Positions 27,729 to 38,624 of a stretch of DNA of 64,000 bases are shown here, piece after piece. The DNA lies in assembly GCA_963745745.1 (NCBI GenBank), contig CAVUYS010000097.1, positions 62,049-126,048 of the forward strand. The letters run 5' to 3'. Source of the DNA: an uncultured Spirochaetota bacterium (GTDB lineage: Bacteria > Spirochaetota > Spirochaetia > SZUA-6 > DRHE01). Each line of letters begins with the position of its first letter. The stretch's first letter is position 1. Made by a program: the position numbers and the translations under genes. The notes beneath the pieces were generated by a model. That model was not told the DNA's origin, ran no database searches, and was given only the letters and a program-made list of their open reading frames with translations.

Positions 27729-28811
27729 GTGACGTGCTGTGGGTCCCCAAGAAAACCGCGCCCTCCCTGGGCCGACGGCTTTCTGGAAACGCCGGCGGGG
27801 CGGATTCCGCGCGTGGCCGCGGCCTGGGGCAAGGCGGAGCAGCGCGGCCGCCGCCGGTGCCGCTGGAGCAACGCCTTCCGGATGAGCTACACGGTGGACC
27901 CCGGGCTGTACGCGGCCGGCAATCCCTCCCCCGAGTCCCCGGTGCTGGTCACGGCCAACTACAAGCTGAGCTTCGACCTGCTGCGCAGGGAGCTTCCCGG
28001 CCTCGACGCCTGGATCCTGGTGCTGGACACCAAGGGCATCAACGTGTGGTGCGCCGCGGGCAAGGGCACCTTCGGCACCGGGGAGCTGCTCCGGCGCCTG
28101 CAGTCCGTGAAACTGGCCGAGGTGGTCAGCCACCGCCGGCTGGTGCTGCCGCAGCTGGGGGCCCCGGGCGTACAGGCGCACGTAGTGAAACAGGAGAGCG
28201 GTTTCGCCGTGGACTACGGCCCCGTGCGCGCCGAGGACCTGCCCGCCTGGCTGCGGGCCGGGCGCAAGGCCACCCCCGCGATGCGGGCCGTGCGCTTCGG
28301 CTGGAAGGACCGTCTGGAGCTCACGCCCATGGAGCTGCTGCCGGCCCTGCGCCGCTACCCCTGGCTGCTGCTGGGCCTGTTCCTGCTGTTCGGCCTGCAG
28401 CCGCAGGGCATCCTGTTCCGCCCCGCCCTGGCGGGGGGCTGGAGCTTCGCCCTGCTGGGCCTGGCCGCGATCCTGACCGGCAGCTTCCTGGTCCCGCTGT
28501 TCCTGCCCTGGGTCCCCTTCCGCTCCTTCGCCCTGAAGGGCTGGCTGGCCGGGGCCGCCGTTACCGGAGCCTTCCTGGCCTTGCGCTGGGGCGCCCTGAG
28601 CGGGAACCTGTTCCTGGTCGTGCTGGCCGCCGCCTTTTTCCCGGCAGCCAGCTCCTACCTGGCCCTGATGTTCACCGGCACCACCGTGTACACCGGCCTG
28701 TCCGGGGTGCAGAAGGAGATGCGCTTCGCCCTGCCGCTGTACATCGCCGCCCTGGCCGTGACCGCCGCTTGCGCAGTGCTGGCCGTGCTGCGATACTGGG
28801 GGTTGGTATGA
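27729..28811 (+). CDS. hgcA: Mercury methylation corrinoid protein HgcA
   Basis: Diagnostic cap-helix motif GINVWCAAGKGTFG, plus TANYKLSFD, LPQLGAPGV and YGPVRA; C-terminal TM domain ending FTGTTVYTGLSGVQKEM; followed by hgcB. Confidence 0.97.
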   Translation: MTCCGSPRKPRPPWADGFLETPAGRIPRVAAAWGKAEQRGRRRCRWSNAFRMSYTVDPGLYAAGNPSPESPVLVTANYKLSFDLLRRELPGLDAWILVLDTKGINVWCAAGKGTFGTGELLRRLQSVKLAEVVSHRRLVLPQLGAPGVQAHVVKQESGFAVDYGPVRAEDLPAWLRAGRKATPAMRAVRFGWKDRLELTPMELLPALRRYPWLLLGLFLLFGLQPQGILFRPALAGGWSFALLGLAAILTGSFLVPLFLPWVPFRSFALKGWLAGAAVTGAFLALRWGALSGNLFLVVLAAAFFPAASSYLALMFTGTTVYTGLSGVQKEMRFALPLYIAALAVTAACAVLAVLRYWGLV

Positions 28812-29107
28812 AGTACCTGGAAGACGTGGTCACCCTGAGGTATCAGGCCGAGGCCTGCACGGGCTGCGGCCGCTGCCTGGAAGTCTGCCCCCGCGGCGTG
28901 TTCGTGCGCTCCAACGGCAAGGTGGCCCTGACCGACCCGGCCCTGTGCATGGAGTGCGGGGCCTGCATGTCCAACTGCCCGGAAGGGGCGCTGACCGTGC
29001 GCGCCGGGGTGGGCTGCGCCGCCGCCGTGCTCAACGGCCTGCTGCGCGGCGGGGAGCCTTCCTGCGACTGCAGCGGCGACTCCGGATCCTCGAGCTGCTG
29101 CGGCTGA
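28808..29107 (+). CDS. hgcB: Mercury methylation ferredoxin HgcB
   Basis: [41 protein letters not shown] and a C-terminal CC; ATGA overlap with hgcA. Confidence 0.96.
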   Translation: MKYLEDVVTLRYQAEACTGCGRCLEVCPRGVFVRSNGKVALTDPALCMECGACMSNCPEGALTVRAGVGCAAAVLNGLLRGGEPSCDCSGDSGSSSCCG

Positions 29108-29117
29108 TTGCCGCGCT

Positions 29118-30309
29118 TCAGTCCAGCTGCGCGGCCAGCCTCCGTCCGTACTCCAGGCACTGCTTCCGCGCGTCGGCATCCGGGTTCCACAGGGCCTTCA
29201 GGCCGTCGTCGACCACCTGGAAGCCGGCTTTGCCCAGCGACTCCTTGAGCAGCACCACCGACTCCCCGCTCCAGCCGTAGGCGCCGAACACGGCGGCCTT
29301 CTTGCCCTTGAAGCCCAGGCCGCGCACCTCCTCCAGCAGCGCCGCCAGCGAAGTCAGGATGCCCCTGTTGACGGTCGGGGAGCCCAGCACGATCGCCTTG
29401 GACTTGAAGATCTCGGCGATGATGTCGTTCTTGTCCCGCTGCGCGGCATTGTACAGCTTGACGGTGACCTTGGGGTCCGCGGCGCCGATGCCCTGGGCGA
29501 TGTTCTCCGCCATGACCCGGGTGCCGTTCCACATGGTGTCGTAGACGATCGTGATCTGGTTCTCCCGGTACTGGTTGGCCCAGGCCAGGTACTTTTCGAC
29601 GATCTGCACCGGATTGTCGCGCCAGATCACCCCGTGGCTGGTGCAGATGATCTCCAGCGGCAGCTTCAGGGCCAGGAACTCCTTGATCTTCCGGTCGACC
29701 AGCGCGCTGAACGGGGTCAGGATGTTGGCGTAGTACTTCAGGGCCTCCACGTACAGCTCGCCCTGGTCCACCAGGTCGTTGAACAGGTACTCGACTGGCG
29801 TAGTGCTGGCCGAAGGCGTCGTTGCTGAACAGGATGTTGTCGCCGGTCAGGTAGCAGAACATGCTGTCCGGCCAGTGCAGCATCGGGGCCTCCACGAACA
29901 CCAGCTCCTTGCTGCCCAGGCCCAGGCGGTCGCCGGTCTTCACGGGCTGGAAGTTCCAGTCCTGGTGGTAATGGCCTTTCAGGGACTTGATGCCGTTGGC
30001 CGTGCAGTAGATCGGGGTATCGGGGATGCGGCGCAGCAGCTCCGGAAGCGCTCCGCTGTGGTCGATTTCGGCGTGGTTGGCCACGATGAAGTCGATCTTC
30101 TTCAAATCGATCTCCCGGGCCAGGTTGTCCACGTATTCCCTGGCGAACGGCATCCAGACCGTATCGATCAGGGCGGTCTTCTGCTCCTGGATCAGGTAGG
30201 AGTTGTAGCTCGAACCGCGATGCGTGGAGTACTCGTCGCCATGGAACTTGCGCAGCTCCCAGTCCACCTTGCCCACCCAGGACACGTTGTTCTTGACTTT
30301 GACCTTCAT
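29118..30309 (-). CDS. fprA: Flavodiiron protein (FprA / A-type flavoprotein; O2/NO reductase), frameshift near 29795
   Basis: [26 protein letters not shown] and SNDAFGQH; flavodoxin half YDTMWNGT and FGAYGWSGE. Confidence 0.92.
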
Positions 30310-31082
30310 TTGGTTCCGCCTTTCGAGTCTTCCAGGCTCACGCACAGGTCGCCCAGCACCTTGGCCAGGATGTTGTCCGTTGGGTGGCCCAAACCCCGAT
30401 GCTGCAGGAAGCACTCCCCCATGGGCCGCCCGATGCGCTTCCCGTCGCGGGCCGTGCCTTCCTTCATGTTCTCGATGTAGGCGTCCCACTTGTTGATAAA
30501 GGCCAGCCACTCCCGCTGGGACTCGTGGGCGGCCAGCATGCGCTCCTTGGTGTCCATGACCGAGCTGACATCCACTCCGAAGTGCACGGGCAGCGGGCGG
30601 CCAAAGATGTCCGCCTGCCCGGCGGCATTCCAGTAGTACAGGTAGGGGATCTTCTCCATGGGCATGGTGGGGAGGCCGCAGTCGAACAGGGGCACCGAGG
30701 CGATGAAGGCGGCATTGCGCACCAGGCGGTGAGTCTCCTCGTGGTCGATCAGGTAGTCCGTGGGCGGGTGAGTCAGCACGACCTGCGGGTCCACCTCGCG
30801 CAGCACGCGCACCGCCTGCCGGCGCAGGGCCTGGTTGTACTCGATCTCCAGGTCGTGGCCTCCGGCGTAGTGGTAGCGGGCGCCCAGCACCGCGGCGGAG
30901 GCCGCGGCCTCCTTCAGGCGCTTGGCCCGGATGTCCTGGGGGCGCAGGTTCGGGGAACCGACCTCCCCCCCGGCCATGGTGGCCAGGTGGACCTCCCAGC
31001 CCCGCTGGGCCAGCAGGGCCAGCGTGCCGGCGGCGGAGAACTCGATGTCGTCGGGATGGCAGCCGAAGGCCAATACTCTCAT
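30306..31082 (-). CDS. PIG-L / LmbE family deacetylase
   Basis: [26 protein letters not shown] and AHESQ; ATGA overlaps on both sides. Confidence 0.9.
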   Translation of the reverse strand: MRVLAFGCHPDDIEFSAAGTLALLAQRGWEVHLATMAGGEVGSPNLRPQDIRAKRLKEAAASAAVLGARYHYAGGHDLEIEYNQALRRQAVRVLREVDPQVVLTHPPTDYLIDHEETHRLVRNAAFIASVPLFDCGLPTMPMEKIPYLYYWNAAGQADIFGRPLPVHFGVDVSSVMDTKERMLAAHESQREWLAFINKWDAYIENMKEGTARDGKRIGRPMGECFLQHRGLGHPTDNILAKVLGDLCVSLEDSKGGTK

Positions 31083-32228
31083 AGGGCGAGCATGCTCCTT
31101 TTCACGGAGATGGCCCCCTCCGGGCAGATCTCCTGGCAGCAGTAGCAGCGGATGCAGCGCAGGTACTTGTAGGACGGCGGGCGCTTGCGGTTCCCGTCGT
31201 GCCAGTCCACGGCCTTGGGCCGGACCGGGCAGGCCTGCACGCACTGCCCGCAGCGCGTGCACTTGCGGGGGTCGATCACCGGGCGCTTGCCGATGACGTT
31301 GCTGAGGTAGCTCATCATCCCGGCCTGGGACAGGCCCAGCTCCGCTCCCCGGCTCACGCGGAAGTCCCCGTTGCGCAGGCGCTCCACGGACTCCCCGGCC
31401 AGCTCGATCTCCTCGTCCATGTAGGTGCCCAGGCCCCAGGCCCGTCCCGGCCGGGCGGTGGGCACGTAGAGCGGATTGAGCTCCACCAGGCGGCACATGA
31501 CCGCGTCCAGCGCCACCGGATCGGTGGAAAGAAGAAGCACGCCCAGGCGGCGCGTGTTCCCTCCCCGCGGGCCGTTGCCCTCCATGGCCATGACCCCGTC
31601 CATGACGTGCAGCCGCACGCGGGGGCCCAGATAGCAGGTTCAAGGCCACCAGCATGCGGCAGAACTCCCTGGGCACCGGGTAGACCACGTGCAGGGCTGT
31701 TTTCAGCTTGCCGGGGATGCAGCCGTACAGGTTCTTCACCGCCCCGGTCATGCGGGTCAGGGTGTGGGTTTTGAGCTTGCAGAGGTTGATGATGCCGTCG
31801 GCGGCCAGCGCCCCGGCGGCCAGCTGAAAGCTCTTGTGGTGCGGCGAGGCCGGGAAGGCCACGCTGCGCCCCTGCTCGAAATCCGCGGCCTCCAGGCCCA
31901 GCTCGCGGGCCGCCGCCGCGATCCCGCAGGCTTCCAGGTTGTCGCGCGGCCGGCCGCCGGCCGAGGAATCCCCATAGCTCACCCGACCGCTCCGGCCGGT
32001 CACCGGGGAGAACAGGCGGGCGGCGGCCTTCAGCACCGCCGGATGCGTGCACACGCCCTTCTCCGCCGGGTCGCCGGCCAGGACGTTGGGCTTCAATAAC
32101 AGCGTCTCCCCCGGAGCAGCGAAGGACTTCACCCCGCCCAACAGGTCCACCCCTTTGCGGAGTGCGGCGAAAACCTCCTCGCCGTCGTAGGAGGAGCATT
32201 GGACCACGGCGACCCTGGACTTCTGCAT
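31079..32228 (-). CDS. DUF362 protein with a C-terminal 2x[4Fe-4S] ferredoxin domain (frameshift near 31625)
   Basis: [28 protein letters not shown] and DPVALD; [12 protein letters not shown] and [12 protein letters not shown]. Confidence 0.88.
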
Positions 32229-32301
32229 AGCCTTGCGCCGCAGAATAACACCGTTTTTTTCTTCTTGCCAGTGCTATTTTTTCCAGTAGAATAGGAAGAA
32301 C

Positions 32302-33531
32302 GTGAGAAAAACCAGGGAGTGGAGTTTCTTCCTGCCGTCGATCCTCCTCCTGCTCGCGGCCTCGGCCGGCCTGCCGCCGGAGCTGCCCGCCCAGACCCTG
32401 CCGGCTGTCGTGTTCCGGGCGGTGGACCTGTCCCCCACCCGGGAATACGGGGAGTACCAGTTCATCCTGACCGGCATGCTGCAGGCCGAGGTGGCCAACT
32501 CCGGCTTCGGCGTGCTGCCGGATGGCAAATGGGACCAGGTGCGCGAGAAGCGCGGCTACCAGGACGTGGACCTGCTGGAAGGAAGCAAGGCCCTGGAGGT
32601 GGCCGCGGAGGCCGGCGCGCGCCTCGCCGTGACCGGCTTCTACCGGGTGGAAAACCGCCAGTTCGTGCTGGAAATCAAGTGCTACGACGTGGAGGCCCGC
32701 GCCTTCATCCAGGGCGTGCTAAAAACCGGGCGGCTGACCCTGGCCATGTACAACCTGCTGGACGGGGCGGTCAAGGAGCTGATGCCCAAGGTGCGCCTGG
32801 TGGGCAAGCCGCCTCCCCCGCCGGGGCCGGTCATCGCCGAGATGGTCACCCTGCGCTCCGAGGACGAGGGCACCGAAATCCTGCTGGCCGGAAGCCAGAC
32901 GGTGGGCACGATCGTGGACGGCAGCCTGCTGATGCCGCCCATCCCCTTCCCGGTGGGCTCGGCCATCACGGTGGAGAAGCGCAAGGAAGGCTACCACCCC
33001 TCGCGGGAGGCCCTGATGCTGGATACGCCCGTGCAGGAGTTCCGCCTGCAGCGCTTGCGCCCCAAGACCACCTGGGGCACGGAGTTCAACTGGACCTACG
33101 GGGCGGTGCTGGGCTTCGGAGTGGCCCAGCGCTACTACCTGAAGCCCGACGCCTCCTACCTTGCCGCCGAGCTGTACAACTACGCGCAGAGCAACTTCAG
33201 CGAAAGCCACCCCCTGTTCCACCACGACCTGCGCCTGCTGTACGGAGGATACCTGTTCACCGGCCCGGACGAAGTGTTCCGCCTGGGCTGGTCGGCCGGG
33301 GCCGGCATGATCCTCACCTGGTTCACGATCCCGGACCAGGGGCTGTACGCCGACTGGTACCTGAACCTGATCAACATCGCCCTGGAACTGAACTTCCGCC
33401 GCTGGCTGATCTACCTGCGCGCGGAGGGAAAGTACGCGATGGGCTGGGGACGCAACCTGCTGGGGCAGGGAATGCTGAGTCTTACCCAGGGCCCGCCGCC
33501 GATGACCATGGGGTTCATGTGGAAATGGTAA
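32302..33531 (+). CDS. Exported protein: TolB-N/CsgG-like domain, PEGA-like domain and probable C-terminal beta-barrel
   Basis: Signal peptide; ARLAVTGFYRV...LEIKCYDV; amphipathic aromatic-rich strands ending MGFMWKW. Confidence 0.6.
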   Translation: MRKTREWSFFLPSILLLLAASAGLPPELPAQTLPAVVFRAVDLSPTREYGEYQFILTGMLQAEVANSGFGVLPDGKWDQVREKRGYQDVDLLEGSKALEVAAEAGARLAVTGFYRVENRQFVLEIKCYDVEARAFIQGVLKTGRLTLAMYNLLDGAVKELMPKVRLVGKPPPPPGPVIAEMVTLRSEDEGTEILLAGSQTVGTIVDGSLLMPPIPFPVGSAITVEKRKEGYHPSREALMLDTPVQEFRLQRLRPKTTWGTEFNWTYGAVLGFGVAQRYYLKPDASYLAAELYNYAQSNFSESHPLFHHDLRLLYGGYLFTGPDEVFRLGWSAGAGMILTWFTIPDQGLYADWYLNLINIALELNFRRWLIYLRAEGKYAMGWGRNLLGQGMLSLTQGPPPMTMGFMWKW

Positions 33532-34483
33532 AAAGAGCCTTCCTGCTGCTTCTGGCGCTGCCAGCCCTGCTGCTGGCGGGCTGCAGCTTTTTCACCGCCT
33601 CGCTTTTTCCGGGCTTCCTGGCGCAGGCGGAAAAATCCTTCGACCTGGGCTCGGAAATCGACGGCTTCCTGAGCACCCTGGGCGGCGCGGACTACCGCTG
33701 GTACAGCCAGGTGTTCGTGCTCACCAGCGACGCGGGCGTCGACTACGGCGGCGTGCTGATCGAGATCGACAGCCTGCCGTACAAGCTCCTGCTGATGGCG
33801 GATCCGGCTGGCAACGTACAGCAGCACGCCGACCCGAACTTCGGGCGGCTGCGCCTGCGAGATGTCGCCACCGAGTTCGTCGTCGGAATGTGGCATTTCC
33901 CTCCCGGCAACCTGCCGGCGGCCCTCTACCATGGAACGGTCGGCAGCGAGTATGGGTTTTCGGACGGAGCGAACAACTACACCGTGGTAACCGCCAATTC
34001 TCAGGAGATTACCTACCAGAAATATGACGGCGCCTGGGGCCCCGTCGGTGGGGGCTCCGCGGTGACGGTCGACACGTTCAGCAGCTGCGAGCTGCGGGGG
34101 TTGTTCTACGACCCGCTCGGCGTTGCCGGCCAGGAAGTGACCCTGGTGTTCTTCGACTTCTCGTATAATCGCGTGCGCGTGTTTTTCACCCCGCTTGCCG
34201 GCTACGTCACCGCGGGGACGCTCGCAGCACTGACTGCGTACCCTGCCTTGCAGTTCGACGAGGTGGAGGCCGGCAACGTGATCTACACCCGCAAGGGGAT
34301 CGTGCTGGCCGACTTTGACGGCAGCGCGGTGCTGAAGGACTTCAACGGCAACGACACGGGAAAGAAGCCTGGACCTGGGCCAGCAGCGGGGAAGTCCGGG
34401 TGGCCTTCGACATGGAGGGTGACACCTTCTACGTTTTCAGCCCGGAGAACCAGATGCTGTACAGGGGGAACACCGGATGGTAG
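33525..34483 (+). CDS. Lipoprotein, beta-rich (frameshift near 34365-34390)
   Basis: Lipobox LLLAGC. The C-terminus in the alternative frame reads EVRVAFDMEGDTFYVFSPENQMLYRGNTGW*. Confidence 0.7.
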
Positions 34484-35715
34484 AGCGCAAGGCCGCGGCC
34501 CTGGCTCTCGCGCTCCTGCTCGCCCTGCCCCTGCTGGAGCCGCGGCGCAGGAGCCGGCGCCCGGGGAGGAGACCCGGCGCCTGCTGCTGTGCTTCGAGCT
34601 GGCCGCCGGGGCGAAGTTCAGCCCGGAGGAGGAGCTGCTTCTTTACGAGTCCCTGCTCGTGCAGCTGGGCAACGCCAGCCGCAAGGTGGCCATTCTGGAG
34701 GCGCCGGGCCGCAAAGCACCCGGCACCGACGGCGAGCGCTCCATGCTGGCTCGCACCCTGGGCGGGGATTCCTGGCTGCGGGTGGGGATAGCTGGAGACA
34801 TGAACTCCGTGCGGGTGGAGGCCTCCTCCTACGACCTGCTGGTTTCCGAGACCGTGTTCCAGGTGCAGGCGCAGAAGAGCCTGGCGCGCGGGGCGGCGGG
34901 CCTGGAGCGCGGCTTCTGGACCGAAGTCCTGCAGGCCGCCGCGGAGTACTACAGCCAGGCGGCGGCGGCCAAGTCGCTTCCGGGAACGGTGGTGTTCCAG
35001 ACCCTGCCCGGCACCCAGATCGAGGTGGCCGGCGTGGAAGACCTGCTGGCGGACGCCGGCGGCCAGTCCAGCCTGCAGGTGCAGCTCCCCCTGACCCTTT
35101 CGATCCGCGCCCGGCGGCGGGGCTTCTACCCCGTGGAGAACAAGTTCTACGTGACCCAGGAGCTCACCACCCTGGAGATTGGCGCAGCCCCGCGGGGCGC
35201 GCTTCGCCTTCGACGTCTACCTGAACAACTTGATCTTCCCCGGCTTCGAGTTTTCCTGGTTCCCCCTGCCCAACTCCCTGTTCGTGCGGGGCGGCTTCAC
35301 CACCTACCTGGCCGGCCTGCTGTTCTCCGGGGACAGCGAGCAGACCAGCCTTTTCGTGAGCCAGACCCTGAGCCTGATCGACCTGGGGGCCGGGATGTAC
35401 CTGAACGATGCGGACCGCAACCTGCGGGCATACGTGGGGCTGGGCGGATTCCTGCGCCTGGTCACCGCCAAGGGGTACTTCGGCCTGGAGCCCATCGCGC
35501 CGGGCGGCCTGCAGGCCTTCCTGGGCATCGAGTACTCGCCGCGCCTGAAGCAGCGCTTCTACCTGGAGCTCGACCCGCTGCTGTATTTCACCAGCGACAC
35601 CCTGCTGTTGATCGGCTCCTTCCCTCCCGAGCAGAGACTGGCGGGCTACGCCTTCTTCGATTGGGGCGCCTTCTATTTCCTGAACCTCAGGCTGGGATTC
35701 CGGTGGCAGATATGA
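34477..35715 (+). CDS. Exported protein with probable C-terminal beta-barrel; paralog of 32302-33531 (frameshifts near 34540 and 35185)
   Basis: Signal peptide MVERKAAALALALLLALP, similar domain order (…SSYDLL…, …RRRGFYP…), and strands ending [10 protein letters not shown]. Confidence 0.6.
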
Positions 35716-36810
35716 AAAAATACACGATTTTTATCGCCCTCACGGCAGCGCTCGCTATGGCTGCCTGCAGCATGCCCCCCTACAACGAGAGGCTCTCCCT
35801 GGCGCAGGTCACCATGTCCAAGCTGGGGGCGCCGGTGAGCGAAATCGGCCCGGTCTACGCGAATCTGGACCCCAGCGCCCAGGAGAACCAATTCTACTTC
35901 CTGCCGGACCGCGACGACCCGGTTGGCAGCGGGGGGTTCCTGGTGGCCGAGGCCAGCTACGGCCTGCGGGTCTGGTACCTGGCCACGTACTCCATGGGAC
36001 TGGAAGCCTCCTGGTCCATCGACCTGAACAACTCCAGCCCGACCGCCAACAACTTCCTGCTCCAGCCGATGGATTCGGGCATCCTCGACTCGAACTACTT
36101 CCTGCACCTGACCCGCTACGCGCAGGACGACCTGAGGCTGGTGCTCTCCACGGGTACAACTGTGGTCAACCAGTACACGACCGAGCTGCCTCTCCTTTCC
36201 AACCTCCCGACGGCCACGAACGTTCTGGGATCCAGCATCTTTCCGGACGGCACCACGGGCTCCGATTTCCAGTTCTTCCTGGCTGGCCAGGGATCGACCT
36301 TCTACCTCGAGTACGGCGCCCGGACGAACACGACCGACGGGTTCACCCTCACCTCCAGCGGTTTGGCCACCGATCTGGGCCCGGTACCCGACAGCCTGAG
36401 CAGCGCCTTCTACGTCCACAATCCCATCCTGGACCGCAGCTACCTGAGCCACTGGTCGGGCTCCTCTTATGTCAGCTACGCCTGGACCTGGGACCATGAA
36501 GCCACCGGCATCGCCGCTTCGGGCTTCCAGCAGCTCACGGGAGTCAAGGGCCGCCTCGGCGCCGTGTTGACCAACGGACAGCTCCTGGGCTTCGACGAGG
36601 GGGTCTGCACGGTTTACAGTGAGGCGGGCAAGAAGCTCTTCGACTTCCCTCTGGGAGGCCTGAAGTTCTGCTACGAGGTGGACCGACGGATTCGCCGGCA
36701 CGCTGTACTTCTCCCTGGCCTACTGGCTGTTCGGGCGCGAGGAAAAATCCGACCAGCTGTACGTGGAAGTGTACTCCATCCCGACCAGCAGCCTGTCCAG
36801 CCTGAAATAG
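35712..36810 (+). CDS. Lipoprotein, beta-rich (frameshift near 36690)
   Basis: Lipobox LAMAAC. The C-terminus in the alternative frame reads [13 protein letters not shown]...[14 protein letters not shown]. Confidence 0.7.
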
Positions 36811-36821
36811 TCCTGCAGCCC

Positions 36822-37670
36822 TACTTTTCCGTCTCGGTCATGCCGGCGATGAACGAGCGCTGCATGACGATCACCACCGCCACCGGCGGGAGCATGGCCA
36901 GCAGGGTGGTGGCCATGACCACCGGCCATTCCACCAGGGCGTCTCCCACCACCATCATGCGGTTGATGCCGATCAGCAGGGTGTAGTACTGCGACCTTGG
37001 TGGTGATCAGCAGCGGCCACAGGTACTGGTTCCAGCCGTAGATGAACTGGATGACGAACATGGCGGCGATGGGCGTGCGGCTCATGGGCACCAGCACGCG
37101 GGCGAAGAACTGCATGGGCCCGGCCCCGTCGATCTGGGCGGCCTCGGCCATTTCGCGCGGCACGGACATGAAGAACTGGCGGAAAAGGAACACCGCCGTG
37201 GCCGAGACGATCATCGGCAGGATCAGCCCCGGGTAGCTGTTCAGCAGGCCCAGGTCGGAGATGACCTTGTAGGTGGGCATGATGCGCACCTCTACGGGCA
37301 GCATCAGGGTGATGAAGATCGTCCAGAAGCAGAAGCCGCGCAGGGGGAAGCGGAAATAGACGATGGCGAAGGTGGCCAGCAGGGAGATCGACGATCTTGC
37401 CCACCGAGATGCCCAGGGCCATGATCAGGGAGTTCTTCACCATGACCAGGGCCGAAGCGCCCAGGTTCCGGGTGCCCTCCAGCAGGGCGCGGCTGTAGTT
37501 CTCCAGCAACTGGAGCCCGGGCAGGAGCGGACATCGGGGCGTCCAGCACGTCGGCCAGGGTCTGGGTGGAGGCCGCGAACACCAGCCACAGCGGGAACAC
37601 GATCACGAACAGGGCCAGCCACGAGGAACAGGTGCGGCAGGGCGCGGCGCACGATGGAACGCTCGATCAT
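36822..37670 (-). CDS. ugpE: sn-glycerol-3-phosphate ABC permease UgpE (several frameshifts)
   Basis: [34 protein letters not shown] and [12 protein letters not shown]. Confidence 0.85.
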
Positions 37671-37684
37671 TTCCTGCCGCCCCT

Positions 37685-38570
37685 TCAGTAGGTGACCCGC
37701 CGCTCCACGAAGCGGAACTGCAGGATGGTCAGGCTGATGACCAGGACCATCAGCACCACCGACTGGGCCGAGGAGCTGCCCAGGTCCAGGTTGAACACCC
37801 CGTCGCGATAGACCTTGTACACCAGCATGGTGGTGGCCTGGCCGGGGCCTCCCTGGGTGACCTGGTGGATGATGGGGAAGGTCTCGAAAAAGGCGTACAC
37901 CAGGTTCATGACCAGCAGGTAGAAGGTGGTCGGGGAAAGCAGCGGGAAGATGATGCGCCAGAAGCGCTTGCCCGGCCCGGCCCCGTCGATGGCCGAGGCC
38001 TCCACCAGGCTGGCCGGCACGTTCTGCAGCCCGGCCACGAAGAAGACGAAGTTGTAGGAGATCTGCTTCCAGGAGGCGGCCAGGGTGACCAGGATGAAGG
38101 CCTGGCGGCCGTTGAGCAGGTAGTTCCAATCCACGCCGCAGGCGCCTGGACAGCAGGTAGGAAACCACCCCCACGTTGGGGTTGAACATGAACAGCCACA
38201 GCACGCCGGCCACCAGGGTGGCCACGGCGTAGGGCCAGACCAGCATGGTCTTGTAGAACAGCCCCCCGCGCAGGCGGCGGTTGGCCTGCACCGCCAGGAA
38301 CAGGGCGATGGCCATGGCCGTGAAGGCCACCAGCCCCGCGTACACGAACGAGCGCACCAGGGCGTCCAGGTACAGGGGGTCCTGGAACAGCTTGACGTAG
38401 TTCTCCAGGCCGACGAAGGTCAGGGACAGTCCGAAGGCGTCCTGGATGTACAGCGACTGCCACATGGCCTGGGCGGCGGGCCAGAAGAAGAACAGGAAGA
38501 CGACGATCATCTGCGGCAGGACCAGCAGGTACGGCAGCCCCCTGGCCGAGAACTCGTACTGTTTGGACAT
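37685..38570 (-). CDS. ugpA: sn-glycerol-3-phosphate ABC permease UgpA (frameshift near 38140)
   Basis: [10 protein letters not shown]...[25 protein letters not shown] and SSAQSVVLM. Confidence 0.88.
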
Positions 38571-38581
38571 GGTCGCCTTCC

Positions 38582-38617
38582 AAAAGGGGCCGCCCGCGGG
38601 ATGCCCGGGGCGGCCCC
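38582..38617 (-). terminator. Hairpin plus U4 between ugpB and ugpA
   Basis: GGGGCCGCCC...GGGCGGCCCC stem followed by TTTT on the minus strand. Confidence 0.55.
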
Positions 38618-38624
38618 GCGCCGT

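Noticed and set aside
27690-27731. Selenocysteine read-through of the in-frame TGA at 27726 upstream of hgcA
   Set aside because: The context is CGR-TGA rather than Cys-Sec, another TGA lies at 27690 with no start codon between them, and the region overlaps the promoter.
27539-29107. 522-aa ORF ending in HgcB (fused HgcAB or overlapping gene)
   Set aside because: The upstream part is low-complexity GC shadow frame over hgcA. HgcB starts at ATG 28808 with the usual ATGA overlap.
32319-36986. 1555-aa giant surface protein
   Set aside because: It is a chain of shadow frame plus three separate genes with their own signal peptides, joined by indels.
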